From contig JBDTMN010000002.1 in NCBI GenBank assembly GCA_039934295.1, positions 26,725 to 90,724 on the forward strand: a DNA stretch of 64,000 bases. The letters are read 5' to 3'. This DNA is from Candidatus Tayloriibacteriota bacterium. Lineage in GTDB: Bacteria > Patescibacteriota > Minisyncoccia > Phycocordibacterales > HO2-43-120. The position numbers and the translations under genes are program-made. Below, in pieces: positions 1-9,584 of the stretch; positions within the stretch are counted from its first letter, which is position 1, and every line of letters starts with the position of its first letter. The notes below the pieces were generated by a model that saw only the letters and a list, made by a program, of their open reading frames with translations, ran no database searches and was not told the origin of the DNA.

Positions 1-288
1 TGGTTCTACAATGGCCATCTTGCCCAGCCGTAGCCCTTCAAAATTGAAAATCGCCCCAAAGACGACCACAACGCCTATGAGGGTAAGGAAAATCAGACTG
101 CTCCCGTCGAGTGCTGAAATTTCATTTACGACAAATGGAAAGAGCGCGATTGTGCCTATGATGCCGATGAAAAAAAGAGCCTTGGAGGAGCTTAGAGTTC
201 GAACAGTTTTTTGAATAAAAAAATCTCCAAAACCCCAGCAAACAAGGGCGGTGAGCGCGAAAACGATTCCAGTTTGGTAGAAGGTCAT
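1..288 (-). CDS. Polytopic membrane transporter, 5' part only (runs off window start), DMT/EamA-like guess
   Basis: Minus-strand ATG at 286-288 opens a hydrophobic ORF (MTFYQTGIVFALTALVCWGFGDFFIQK...LRLGKMAIVEP) continuing beyond coordinate 1. Not in the ORF track because it is truncated. Family assignment is from general N-terminal architecture only. Confidence 0.4.
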   Translation of the reverse strand, partial: MTFYQTGIVFALTALVCWGFGDFFIQKTVRTLSSSKALFFIGIIGTIALFPFVVNEISALDGSSLIFLTLIGVVVVFGAIFNFEGLRLGKMAIVEP

Positions 289-575
289 GGAAAAAGTAAA
301 AAGTGTAAAGTAAAATTATATCACGAAAAATCCAAACGTTTTTTAGTTTGATTTTAAGTTATTGACTCTAGTTCCCTCGCTTTAATAATTAACACCCAGT
401 GTTAATTCATTAGTGACCATTTGGTGTTGAGTAATTCGAGACAATGTGATAGTTTGTGATTCAGATGTTCCTCCCAAAGCATCGCGACAAACGACAACAA
501 TTAAGCGGCCAGGAACCGTTTTCTTAGGCACGAAGCCTTTTTGTCAATTCCGATGGGAAAAAAGAAAAATACAGT

Positions 576-1262
576 ATGAACACGCTTACATTGGCGACCC
601 TTGCAAGAAAAAAAAAGCAAGATAGATCTATCCTCATCAAGATGGTGGGGAGATGGAACGAGAAAAACTTCCACTACGTCTTTGGAGATCCGATATTCTG
701 CGCACTCGAGCTGAGGCCGATTCTTCTCGCAACCTTTCTCATTCCTATATTTGGATGGATTGTGGGGGGGGTTTTTTTGTATCCATTTCCGATTGCAATT
801 ATCCTTGTGGGTTTCCTTTCCACAACTCTCGGTTTGCTACTCGCGCCTCTCACCGCTTGGCTAGATGGCCGCCATCATCCGTTTCAACATCACATTTGGA
901 TGTGGCAGAGGGTCCAAAAGTTTTGCAGGTCGATATCGCTATTGGAGCAAAAGGCAGGAACGTTTAATCTTGATTGGTCAACCGAGAAGATTGCCAATAC
1001 GGCCACGGCCATCCTAAAGGATAAGGCCAGAGAGGTGAAGACGGCTGAGCAAAAGCTTGCGGAATTCATTAAGACTCACGAAAATGATTTAACATGGGAA
1101 AGACCGTATTCTAAACCCAAGGAATCGGAATTGCGCGATGCTGAAAAAGCCAAGAGGGACGAATTCAAGCGCTTGTACCACAAATGGATGTTTCCTATTG
1201 CTGACATCTCTGAAAACCACGCGATGTTTTTTGAAGACATGCCTCAAGTTGTGCGAGCATAA
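576..1262 (+). CDS. Hypothetical membrane protein (2 TM helices, charged coiled C-terminus)
   Basis: 228-aa ORF with two hydrophobic segments (ILLATFLIPIFGWIVGGVF / IAIILVGFLSTTLGLLLAPL) then a K/E-rich tail. No recognisable motif. Confidence 0.4.
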   Translation: MNTLTLATLARKKKQDRSILIKMVGRWNEKNFHYVFGDPIFCALELRPILLATFLIPIFGWIVGGVFLYPFPIAIILVGFLSTTLGLLLAPLTAWLDGRHHPFQHHIWMWQRVQKFCRSISLLEQKAGTFNLDWSTEKIANTATAILKDKAREVKTAEQKLAEFIKTHENDLTWERPYSKPKESELRDAEKAKRDEFKRLYHKWMFPIADISENHAMFFEDMPQVVRA

Positions 1263-1743
1263 CTGCGATGGTCCGACGTCTGCATTTTCATCCCTGCGCA
1301 TTCCGCGGGGATTTTATTTTGACAATTATGAAAATGCCAATATGAAATGAAGTTGCGAATAGTATGTAGAAAGTAGGCATTAGAAATTTTAGTCATTTCA
1401 CGAAAAATCCGATGTTTTCCACAGATGCATTTTTTGTTTTTTGAAAAAAGATGGTAAGATTGTTCTCGGCATTCATTCTAATGTTTTGAATTGAGTGCAG
1501 ATTTATCAGCAGAATTTTTTGCACTCATGAGTAAAATTCTTTTTGTTATTCTCGCGCCCATCTATGCGCCTATGGCACTTTTTTTAGGACTTACTTTTGA
1601 TTGGTGGATGGAACTTTGGGATTAACGCAGTCTTATCAAGCGAACCTCTTTGTAGGGAATAAAATGTTTCTCGGCGTATTTCCAAGCCAAAAAAGCAGAT
1701 TAGGTTGTTCTAACCAGCTTTTTAAACAATAAAATGACTACGA

Positions 1744-1998
1744 CTAGGTGAGATGCTTGGAAACAAGCTTCGTCATTTCAAACATATTCACTACCGCCTT
1801 CCCTCCGAATACCTTTTTCAAAGCCTCGTCGGCAATGATGTTTCTCTTATTTTTCGGATCCTGAAGATTCTTGCTCTTGATGTAGACCCAGAGCTTCTTT
1901 ACCACCTCGCTTCGAGGCATCGGCCCAGCACCTACCACCACAGCTAAATCGGCGCTCACCGTCATCGGCTTCATAAATGCGGAATTCACTTTTGCCAT
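1744..1998 (-). CDS. SWIB/MDM2 domain protein
   Basis: 84 aa. The segment PMPRSEVVKKLWVYIKSKNLQDPKNKRNIIADEALKKVFG is a typical SWIB domain core. Confidence 0.75.
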   Translation of the reverse strand: MAKVNSAFMKPMTVSADLAVVVGAGPMPRSEVVKKLWVYIKSKNLQDPKNKRNIIADEALKKVFGGKAVVNMFEMTKLVSKHLT

Positions 1999-2244
1999 AT
2001 ATTATTTGCCCGTCAAAATTTTCTCAAAGAAAATGTTGACGAAAGTTATCTATTAATAAATCGTTACTTAAGTATAGCACTTATCTTAAAAAAGACACCA
2101 ATGTACAGTTGCCCTTATAAGGTGATAGTCTTCATGAATCGGGATGACAACGGGTAACTAAAAAGTTATCCACATTCTAAGTCTATTCAGGTAATCACAT
2201 CAATGATAAAATACTTTTATTAGTAGTAAGATAACGTACTATTT

Positions 2245-2688
2245 ATGGAATCAAACGTGCAAAATGTAAATTTCACGCCATCCACTAAAAAAAGGAGGAC
2301 TTGGCCTTTGATCGTAGGTATCTTAGGTGGCATTGTCCTTCTGATCGTTGTCATTATCGGGGGTGCTTTGTGGATGACAAACGCTTCTGCAAAGGTAGCC
2401 ACGGATTTTATGAATTCCATCATCAGTCATAACATCACTCATGCATATGAGCTCGTTTCTCCTGAACTCAAAGAGGGCAAGGACGAGGCATCGTTTGAAG
2501 AATTTGTGCAAGGTGACTCAGTATTTTCTAAAGCCAATCATTATGAAATAAGTGGACGAGAAGTGCAGAATAATGTAGCCCAAATTACCGGGATCGTTAG
2601 CACTTCTGACGCTCAAACTTACGATATTAGTATTGTACTAGAAAAATCTAGCGGTAACTGGCTTGTCTCTGGGTGGGATATTAGGTGA
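2245..2688 (+). CDS. Hypothetical membrane-anchored protein
   Basis: 147 aa with an N-terminal TM helix (WPLIVGILGGIVLLIVVIIGGALW) followed by a soluble domain. No motif recognised. Confidence 0.45.
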   Translation: MESNVQNVNFTPSTKKRRTWPLIVGILGGIVLLIVVIIGGALWMTNASAKVATDFMNSIISHNITHAYELVSPELKEGKDEASFEEFVQGDSVFSKANHYEISGREVQNNVAQITGIVSTSDAQTYDISIVLEKSSGNWLVSGWDIR

Positions 2689-2831
2689 GCCTAATAATTT
2701 TTCTTTTCACGATGTACGCACCATTGCCTCTTAATTTTAGTCCGAAGAAAAAGCGGGAGTTTGATAAAAAAACGATGAACTAAATAGTATAGCCTACTGC
2801 CCAAAGAATCATTCTGTATTGGGTAAAGATG

Positions 2832-4670
2832 TTAAGACTTTTCCCGAAATAGTCTGGCGGAGTTAATGAGTGGGAAAAAGTCGCTCACAAAGTTGTAAAA
2901 TGCCGCCAATGCAGGACCGAGAACCCCGGTGAACACCAGCGCAAAGCCGATTACATTCGACGCAAACCAAATAATCATATCCCACCTAATAACCGACATA
3001 ACTTTTCGGCTATAAGAAATCGTGTCCGGCAGGCGGGATAAATCATCGTTTAAAATCACCACGTCGGCGGCTTCTACCGACACGGCCGCTCCACCCGAAC
3101 CCATTGCAATCCCTACATCTGCCCTAGCAAGAGCGGCAGCATCGTTTATTCCGTCGCCCACCATCGCCACAGGTCCCCCGCCAATAAGTTTTTCAAGTTC
3201 CCGAAGTTTTTCCTCCGGCTTCATTTCCGCGAGAACCTTGTCGATGCCGATCGCCCGAGCAATAGCGCCTGCAACCAATTTGTTGTCCCCTGTAAACATC
3301 TGGATATTATCCACGCCTAAACTCTGCAAATCAGCAATGCTCTCCCGCGCTTCAGGTCGGGGCATGTCACCCATTGAAAGGTATCCCCAGATTTTGCCGT
3401 TTCGAAATACAATCGCCCACGTTTTATCGCTCCCCTCAATCTTTTTCTTAATGCGAGACTTTTCCTCTTCGCTAAGAGCGATAGCAAGGTCAGAAATAAT
3501 GCTGAAATCCCCAATCGCAATCGCCTCTCCCTTGACACGAGCCGTAACACCGCTTCCCTTATACACCTTGAATTCCTCGGGGTCGGGAAAATCGCTCCCA
3601 TGTTTTATCGCTTCCTTAAAAATCGTCCTGCCGATAGGGTGCTCGGAAAACTTCTCTGTTACTCCTACCGCGCGCCAAAAATCGTCTGTGGAAATGCCCG
3701 GTTCGATCTCTATATCTTTAAGCTCAAACGAGCCATAGGTCAAAGTCCCGGTTTTATCGATAACAAGCGTCTTCAGTTTGCTTAATGTCTCTATCCACTC
3801 CCCTCCTTTCACAACCACACCGCGCTTGGCGGACCTGCCGAGAGCCGCCGTAATTGCAAGCGGTATGGCGACAGCCATGTCGTCGGCGCACGCTACCAAA
3901 AAAAGCGCGGCAGTCATCTCAATATTTCGAGTTATGACATAAGTGCCAATTCCCAGCGCGAGAACGATGGGAAGAAAAATCGTCGCAAATCTATCCGCCA
4001 ATTGTTCCGAATGAGATTTCTTTTTCGCCGCATCGGCAACAAGCGCGGCCATGCGTTCAATCGTAGAATCTTTTCCGACCCGTGTCGCCCGAATTTTTAT
4101 TAACCCCGATTCGTTGACCGTGGCGCTCAATACTTGATCGCCCACAACTTTCTCTACCGGCATTGATTCTCCGGTCACTGATGACTCATTTACAAGAGCT
4201 TTGCCAAATATCGTAATACCGTCCACGGGCACTCGGGACCCTTCTTTTATAAGGAGCGTATCCCCCATCGAAATAGCGTCAGTCGGAATCTCCTCGGTAT
4301 CGGCTCCTTTTTCCCTTAGCGCAGTCTGCGGTTTTAATTTAAAGAGTTCCTCGAGGGTTCGCCGGGTGCGCGACTCCGTATAGGCATTCAACATTCGAGC
4401 AAAAGCAAGCATGAGAATAATAAACGTTGCGGAATTCACGTCGCCATAGGCGAATGCCGCGCAAATGGCAAAGATATTGAACGAATCGATGCTAATGCGC
4501 GCCTTAAGCGTCGACTGGACGGCACCAATGAGCGTAGGCAGAGCGCCTAAAACCACTACCGGCCACAAAAAGTAAATCGCGGGAGGAAATAGAATTTTCA
4601 CCAAAAAGGCGATGACTATTGCAATCACCAAGGCAAAATCCATTTTCGTATTTACGTGCGCGTGGTTCAT
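2832..4670 (-). CDS. Cation-transporting P-type ATPase (HAD superfamily), no N-terminal metal-binding domain
   Basis: Actuator TGES (VTGESMPV), phosphorylation motif DKTGTLT and hinge MVGDGINDAAAL are all present. Multiple TM helices. No clear CPC/CPx motif seen, so ion specificity is uncertain. Confidence 0.85.
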   Translation of the reverse strand: MNHAHVNTKMDFALVIAIVIAFLVKILFPPAIYFLWPVVVLGALPTLIGAVQSTLKARISIDSFNIFAICAAFAYGDVNSATFIILMLAFARMLNAYTESRTRRTLEELFKLKPQTALREKGADTEEIPTDAISMGDTLLIKEGSRVPVDGITIFGKALVNESSVTGESMPVEKVVGDQVLSATVNESGLIKIRATRVGKDSTIERMAALVADAAKKKSHSEQLADRFATIFLPIVLALGIGTYVITRNIEMTAALFLVACADDMAVAIPLAITAALGRSAKRGVVVKGGEWIETLSKLKTLVIDKTGTLTYGSFELKDIEIEPGISTDDFWRAVGVTEKFSEHPIGRTIFKEAIKHGSDFPDPEEFKVYKGSGVTARVKGEAIAIGDFSIISDLAIALSEEEKSRIKKKIEGSDKTWAIVFRNGKIWGYLSMGDMPRPEARESIADLQSLGVDNIQMFTGDNKLVAGAIARAIGIDKVLAEMKPEEKLRELEKLIGGGPVAMVGDGINDAAALARADVGIAMGSGGAAVSVEAADVVILNDDLSRLPDTISYSRKVMSVIRWDMIIWFASNVIGFALVFTGVLGPALAAFYNFVSDFFPLINSARLFREKS

Positions 4671-4778
4671 TGGGTGTTTCGCTCATTTGCATTATAGCAG
4701 AGGCAAAAAAGAAATCACACAAAATACAAAGGAGTCCCCCTTAAATAGCCCGACAGCAACCATGCAAAATAAAATAGT

Positions 4779-4960
4779 GCTCGTCCTATCCCCGTAGCAG
4801 AGCTAGCGGGGTATTCGGCGAGCGCATTTTATTTTGAAAACCCCTCGGTTTTCAACGCTCGCCGACTCGCTGCTTTCCGCCACGGGGAAACTCCCGTTTC
4901 CCCGACCCCCTTCCCAAACTCCGCATTCATCCCCGCAGCAGAGCTGTGGGGAATTCTGCG
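4779..4960 (-). repeat. GC-rich hairpin-rich intergenic repeat, diverged inverted copy (copy 3 of family at 12411 and 21496)
   Basis: The reverse complement shares the blocks ctgcKgcggggatgaatg and cgaataccccgc...cggggataggacgag with the other two copies. The central long hairpin is replaced by a different hairpin (cggggaaactcccgtttccccg). GC is far above the surrounding sequence. Confidence 0.55.
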
Positions 4961-4966
4961 GATTTA

Positions 4967-6511
4967 TTAAACGAATCCGGGAAAATAGTCAGTTTTGATT
5001 TTAGAGCGTTTGACACCGATGCCTCGGAGAATTGCTTTGTACGAAGTTACCATCGCCTGCGGTCCTGAAATATAAAACTTTCGCTCCAGAAAATCAGGGA
5101 CTTCTCGTTTAACGGTTTGAGCAAAAAGCGCGGACAGCGCTTCCGGAGACAAGTGAACGCCGTCGTCGCTATATGAATAGACTGTTTTAATCCCGAGCTC
5201 CTTCTTTGCCCTTTCAAAAATATCCGAATATACGGCATCATTCGGAGTTTTATTGAAATACAAAAGAGTGATAGGGCGCGCCTCGCGGTTGTGAAGAAGA
5301 TACTGAATCATACTCCGAAACGGAGTGACCCCTATTCCCCCAGCGATGAAGACAAGCTTTTTATTTTTATTCTTTGGCAAGGTAAAATCGCCCGCGATCT
5401 CGGAAGCCACGATAGACTTCCCTGTGCTCATCGCGAGCATGGCTTTTTTGAATGTGCTTCCCGGTTCATAGAATTTCACCCCGATGGAAAGTTCTCGCTC
5501 GGTCGGAGAGGACGCAAGAGTAAAAAAACGCCTCACGCTCCGGCTATCGGGATGCGAGTGCGCAAGTGTCCACTCCATGTACTGCCCCGGCCGAAACGAA
5601 ACCGGCCTGTCTGACGCAAAAGCAAATTCATACACGTCTCGGGAAAGCCGAACTACTCGTTTCAGTTTCAAATTGAGCTTATATTTCGGGCTGACGAGAT
5701 ACGAAAATACATTTCCCACCAGAAGCGCGAGCTCGGGCGTGAAGTAGAAAGAACCGATGTTCACGTTCGGCAAAAACAGCAGGCCGACGAGAGCTCCGTA
5801 GAGTACACGCAATAATTTCGAGGGCGGAGTAGTCATCGGTTCCGTGAGCATAACCGTTGCAAAGAAAAACGTGGGAGCATAGAGCAACGCCTGACTTAAA
5901 GAACGCACGACATCAAGCCCTCTTCCAAAATAATAAAAGGCAATCCCCACAGTAAACACCCCTATGAAAGCAAACCACAAATCAAATCGTCGTATTTTCC
6001 GAACAATGAGAAGCCCCCCAATGAGCACAAACGGGACCATAGGAAGCGTCCCTATCCACCAACTAGCTGACAAGCCTAAAACAACGCTAGTAGCCGCCAC
6101 ACCGAAAGCGACGGGATTGAAAACATGCTTCTTTCGAATGGCTAAAATATATTTTGAGGCTATGGCAACTGCGGACGCCCAAAATGCGAGCGGAAGATAT
6201 TGCATATCGATCCAAAGAGTAGGGGGACTTATAATCAAAGCAAGAATGAGCGCGGTTATCCACGTTGATTCAGGATTCGAAGGAACCTCGAACATCCGAG
6301 CAAAAATTTTGTTCACAATCCAAGAAACAGAAAAAATAAAAGCCACCGAGAAAACAAGAAAAATAGGGTTTACCGGAAACACGCCAAAAAATCCCATGAT
6401 GAAGGCGACGAGCAAAAGAAAAGCAAGCTCGTACACCACGAGTCGGTACATCGTTATCCTATTTAATATTTTGTCGATTGCTTTTATCATCATGTATTTA
6501 AAAACCGGCAA
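4967..6511 (-). CDS. Membrane oxidoreductase: polytopic N-terminal domain (RnfD/NqrB-like by inference) fused to FNR-like FAD/NAD(P)H-binding domain
   Basis: The C-terminal half has an FAD-binding motif (RRFFTLASSP), an NAD-binding GGIGVTPFRSM motif and a C-terminal YxSGP-like segment (FYISGPQAM), as in the ferredoxin-NADP reductase family. The N-terminal 290 aa has about 8 TM helices with an HVFNPVAFG segment reminiscent of the RnfD/NqrB FNPA region. It overlaps the apbE end by 14 nt, so the two are co-transcribed. Confidence 0.7.
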   Translation of the reverse strand: MPVFKYMMIKAIDKILNRITMYRLVVYELAFLLLVAFIMGFFGVFPVNPIFLVFSVAFIFSVSWIVNKIFARMFEVPSNPESTWITALILALIISPPTLWIDMQYLPLAFWASAVAIASKYILAIRKKHVFNPVAFGVAATSVVLGLSASWWIGTLPMVPFVLIGGLLIVRKIRRFDLWFAFIGVFTVGIAFYYFGRGLDVVRSLSQALLYAPTFFFATVMLTEPMTTPPSKLLRVLYGALVGLLFLPNVNIGSFYFTPELALLVGNVFSYLVSPKYKLNLKLKRVVRLSRDVYEFAFASDRPVSFRPGQYMEWTLAHSHPDSRSVRRFFTLASSPTERELSIGVKFYEPGSTFKKAMLAMSTGKSIVASEIAGDFTLPKNKNKKLVFIAGGIGVTPFRSMIQYLLHNREARPITLLYFNKTPNDAVYSDIFERAKKELGIKTVYSYSDDGVHLSPEALSALFAQTVKREVPDFLERKFYISGPQAMVTSYKAILRGIGVKRSKIKTDYFPGFV

Positions 6512-7250
6512 CGGTAAAATCCAAAAATCCGCTCGTCATAACAGCAATACCATTTTTGTCTATTGCATATCCTTCAAAGTCTGAAATACTTTCGATAAAT
6601 TCAATCCCTCGATTGCCCATGGCAAACGCCGCAGTCGCAAAACGGTCCGCCTCGTATACGTCGGGTCCAATAACCGTCAAACTCACCATGTCGGTTTCCA
6701 CCGATTTTCCAGAATGAGGATTATAGATATGCTTGCCTCGAATATACACTCCCGAAGTTGCCACGCCTCGGCCTTTAGGATACACCACTTTAACTATTTC
6801 ATCACGATTGAATGGACTGCGGATACCGACGCTCCATTCTTTGCCCTCCTCATCGATACCTCGCGATTCAATGTCCCCTCCTACATCTACGAAGAAATTT
6901 TTACAGCCCATTTTTTTCAAGAGTTGTGCCGCATTTTTTATTGCCCAGCCTTTGACAATCCCCGAAGGGTCGTATGAGCCATCCGGTTTTTGTATGTCGA
7001 AATATCCAAGCGTTTCTTTTTTTGTTTTTTCAGAGAGAGTGAAAATTTCTTTCATTTCCTTGCTCAATTTTTCAGACGAAATTTCCCCCCTGTTAATTCT
7101 AGAAATTTCGCTATCATATTTGTAGGTGCTGAATTTTTCATCAACATGCTCGAGATAGTCGAACACGCGGTCAAAATATTCCTGACTTCCCGGAATGTCT
7201 GCAATGTTAACGGTTACTGGCATTCCCATTATGTCTCGAGTTTGTTTCAT
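6498..7250 (-). CDS. apbE: FAD:protein FMN transferase (ApbE family)
   Basis: 250 aa. The N-terminus MGMPVTVNI...FDRVFDYLEHVDEKFSTYKYDSEISRINRG is the characteristic ApbE opening. It lies between an FMN-binding domain gene and a flavoprotein gene. Confidence 0.8.
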   Translation of the reverse strand: MKQTRDIMGMPVTVNIADIPGSQEYFDRVFDYLEHVDEKFSTYKYDSEISRINRGEISSEKLSKEMKEIFTLSEKTKKETLGYFDIQKPDGSYDPSGIVKGWAIKNAAQLLKKMGCKNFFVDVGGDIESRGIDEEGKEWSVGIRSPFNRDEIVKVVYPKGRGVATSGVYIRGKHIYNPHSGKSVETDMVSLTVIGPDVYEADRFATAAFAMGNRGIEFIESISDFEGYAIDKNGIAVMTSGFLDFTVAGF

Positions 7251-7256
7251 TATTTT

Positions 7257-7862
7257 TTAAATTTTTGCCTGTGCAAGAGCATATGCGAGAGATTGACGGA
7301 ATGCGGCACTTATGTCGGTTGCCCCCGAAACAGTGCTCACTTTTGCGCTTTGCGCCTGTATCGCTTCGCTTACCAATCGGGGCATCGCACGGCTACTTAT
7401 ACTCCTCGATGTACTGCGGTCATTCGGATATTGAAGAAAAGATATGTCAGTAATTTTTCCTCCGGCAATAGTAACTGCCACCTCGACGTTTCCATAATAC
7501 GCATCGGCAATACTGCCATTGTACGAACCATCAACATACTGGCCAGCTGGTTTTGGTTTTGGAATGATTATAGGAGTAGGTATTGGAGTCGGAATTGGGG
7601 TTGGAGTTGGAGAGAAAATAATTAAAGGTGTCGGCTTAGGTTTGGGTAATGGCTTTGGCGAAATGGAAGGAGAGACGGTGAGCGTGGGAATCGGTGTTGA
7701 AGGAGTAGTCGGCACAACTATGACTCCGTTGTCATTGACGCGAGAAAGCGGAATCGGGACGGTAACGACAAATGCAGGCGAGCTCGGATAAGCCAACGCC
7801 CGATACATTCCATATGCGGCAAAAGCTACAATAAATATTGCTGACGTAATGAATTTTCTCAT
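7257..7862 (-). CDS. FMN-binding domain protein (NqrC/RnfG-like), membrane-anchored with Pro/Thr/Lys-rich linker
   Basis: N-terminal TM helix, then the linker PKPLPKPKPTPLIIFSPTPTPIPTPIPTPIIIPKPKP. The FMN_bind core reads YVDGSYNGSIADAYYGNVEVAVTIAGGKITDISF...VSTVSGATDIS. The SGAT threonine motif is the ApbE flavinylation site. Confidence 0.8.
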   Translation of the reverse strand: MRKFITSAIFIVAFAAYGMYRALAYPSSPAFVVTVPIPLSRVNDNGVIVVPTTPSTPIPTLTVSPSISPKPLPKPKPTPLIIFSPTPTPIPTPIPTPIIIPKPKPAGQYVDGSYNGSIADAYYGNVEVAVTIAGGKITDISFLQYPNDRSTSRSISSRAMPRLVSEAIQAQSAKVSTVSGATDISAAFRQSLAYALAQAKI

Positions 7863-7952
7863 AGGTATTTTTGTTTCGGGCCTAAAGCTTATGCCCTAGC
7901 TTTATACCTACTTATACGCACCGCCCGCGTATTTCTTTCACCTTACGTCCTT

Positions 7953-8681
7953 CTATTCTGATTCTCCAGAAGAAAATCTTCGGACGCCACTTGCCTCTAT
8001 TTCGTCGTCATCTTCGCCAAAAGAAGGCCCGAAAACATATACCTTATCGCCGATTTTGAGAAGTGGAGAATCTGGAGGAAGAATAACCTTGCGCGTTCCG
8101 TCATCTTCATCATGGTCCTTGTCGTCATGAGAAATGACAATAGTGTTCCCTTCCTTAGAAACAACACTCCCCCGAAATATTCCTTTCTCAGCGTGCGACT
8201 CGCGAATACGTCCATACGCTCCTCCAATCAAAGGCAATACCCCTTCGTCTGCGCGGTTCAAAAGAATTCTATTGAGCGGAGTATAATTGGCAAGAACGCC
8301 CAAAATGGCACTCGACGCAAATATAAAAAGAAAGATCGGGAGGAGAGGAATCCGGTAGCCGAATTTGAATGCCTGCAAGAGCCATTCAAGCAGGAACAGG
8401 AGCGCAATACCTAGGAGAAAAAATGCCCACGGGAAAAGCGAGAGGAAAACAAGCGCGCCTTGCCCCCCAAAGCCGAGTAAGAAGTGCTGTCCGCTTTCCT
8501 GAATGCTGAAAAAGATGAAGCTCGCGAGAAAAATGGAGAGGAGGAGAACAAGCGCCGAAGTAAAAATAATGCCCGCTATGCGCACAGCAAAAAATGCTTT
8601 CGACTTCATATGCACTTTGCTCTTACGAACTTTATCGAGCACCATATTCTGAATATTCTGTTCTATATTTTTTTCACTCAT
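7953..8681 (-). CDS. Putative anti-sigma factor / membrane protein partner of the ECF sigma
   Basis: The ORF overlaps the stop of the ECF sigma gene. The likely start is the internal Met (MSEKNIEQ...) at about 8681. There are several TM helices and a C-terminal soluble domain. The call rests on context only. Confidence 0.4.
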   Translation of the reverse strand: MSEKNIEQNIQNMVLDKVRKSKVHMKSKAFFAVRIAGIIFTSALVLLLSIFLASFIFFSIQESGQHFLLGFGGQGALVFLSLFPWAFFLLGIALLFLLEWLLQAFKFGYRIPLLPIFLFIFASSAILGVLANYTPLNRILLNRADEGVLPLIGGAYGRIRESHAEKGIFRGSVVSKEGNTIVISHDDKDHDEDDGTRKVILPPDSPLLKIGDKVYVFGPSFGEDDDEIEASGVRRFSSGESE

Positions 8682-9234
8682 TTTCTTTTTTGGGTAACAG
8701 CTTTTTAAGCGCCTCACGCGCCCGGGAAAGACGGATACCAACTGTGCCAATCGGTATATGCAAAATGTCACCTATCTCTTTGTAGCTGAAATTTTCGAAA
8801 TAGTAGAGACCGATGATTTCTCGATAGGAAGACGAGAGCCCCAGCAGGCTCTTCTCTAGTAGTACGCGCATTTCCTCCGCTTCTTTCTCTTTTTCAAGCG
8901 GGTCCTCATATTCCGCATGGGACATCACTCGGTCAAGGTCGAAAAAGTATAATGGCTCTTTGGCTTTTTTTCGAATTACATCAACAAACGCATTGTGCGC
9001 AATGCGGTAAATCCAGGGCGAAAAACGACGTGTTGAATCGAAATCCTGTATATTTTGATACACCGTCACAAAAACATCCTGCACAACATCGCCCACATTA
9101 TTTTCCTTTGAGAGAACCCTGCTTCCATACCGAAGCAACTTTCCTGTATAGCGTTCCATGAGAATAGCGAACGCCCGTTCATCCCCTTTCTGCACTTGTC
9201 TTGCAAGTTCTTCGTCCGAAGCAACATTATCCAT
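8674..9234 (-). CDS. RNA polymerase sigma-70 factor, ECF subfamily
   Basis: 186 aa with region 2 (YRIAHNAFVDVIRKK) and region 4 HTH (FSYKEIGDILHIPIGTVGIRLSRAREALKK). Confidence 0.85.
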   Translation of the reverse strand: MDNVASDEELARQVQKGDERAFAILMERYTGKLLRYGSRVLSKENNVGDVVQDVFVTVYQNIQDFDSTRRFSPWIYRIAHNAFVDVIRKKAKEPLYFFDLDRVMSHAEYEDPLEKEKEAEEMRVLLEKSLLGLSSSYREIIGLYYFENFSYKEIGDILHIPIGTVGIRLSRAREALKKLLPKKENE

Positions 9235-9267
9235 ACTCGTATTCTAAACCGAAAAAAAACTCACTTA

Positions 9268-9579
9268 TTAATCGTTCTTTTCTTGCTTATTCAATCCCCA
9301 TTGCCACTTCGGCTTTTCGCCCGTAAGATAGCAGATTCCAATTAGCGCGAGAACGAGAATTGCGGTTTGGGGAACAAAACTTATGAGAAAATCGCTTATT
9401 GAATTTTGCGTAGAATCAGTGCGAAAGAAATTGAGCGTAATGAGAGCAAGAAAAACCGCCAGGACCAGCCAGCCCTGCCACGTGGCAGGCGTCCAACCCC
9501 AACCGTAGAGCTTGGCTTTGAACCAGTATCCCTTCGGATTATCTTTCAAATATGCGATGTATTCTTTGAGCATACTCAA
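9268..9579 (-). CDS. Small membrane protein
   Basis: 103 aa with two TM helices and a W-rich segment YGWGWTPATWQGW. Confidence 0.4.
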   Translation of the reverse strand: MSMLKEYIAYLKDNPKGYWFKAKLYGWGWTPATWQGWLVLAVFLALITLNFFRTDSTQNSISDFLISFVPQTAILVLALIGICYLTGEKPKWQWGLNKQEKND

Positions 9580-9584
9580 TTACA

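Noticed and set aside
11-214. Plus-strand 67-aa ORF at the window start
   Set aside because: It is antisense to a much more convincing hydrophobic transporter ORF on the minus strand that runs off the window edge.
3022-3738. Plus-strand 238-aa ORF inside the P-type ATPase gene and similar antisense ORFs inside other long genes (for example 19467-20009, 40533-41171, 28610-29098)
   Set aside because: Antisense to strongly supported genes with clear family motifs. Ser/Ala/Pro-rich translations are typical of antisense frames.
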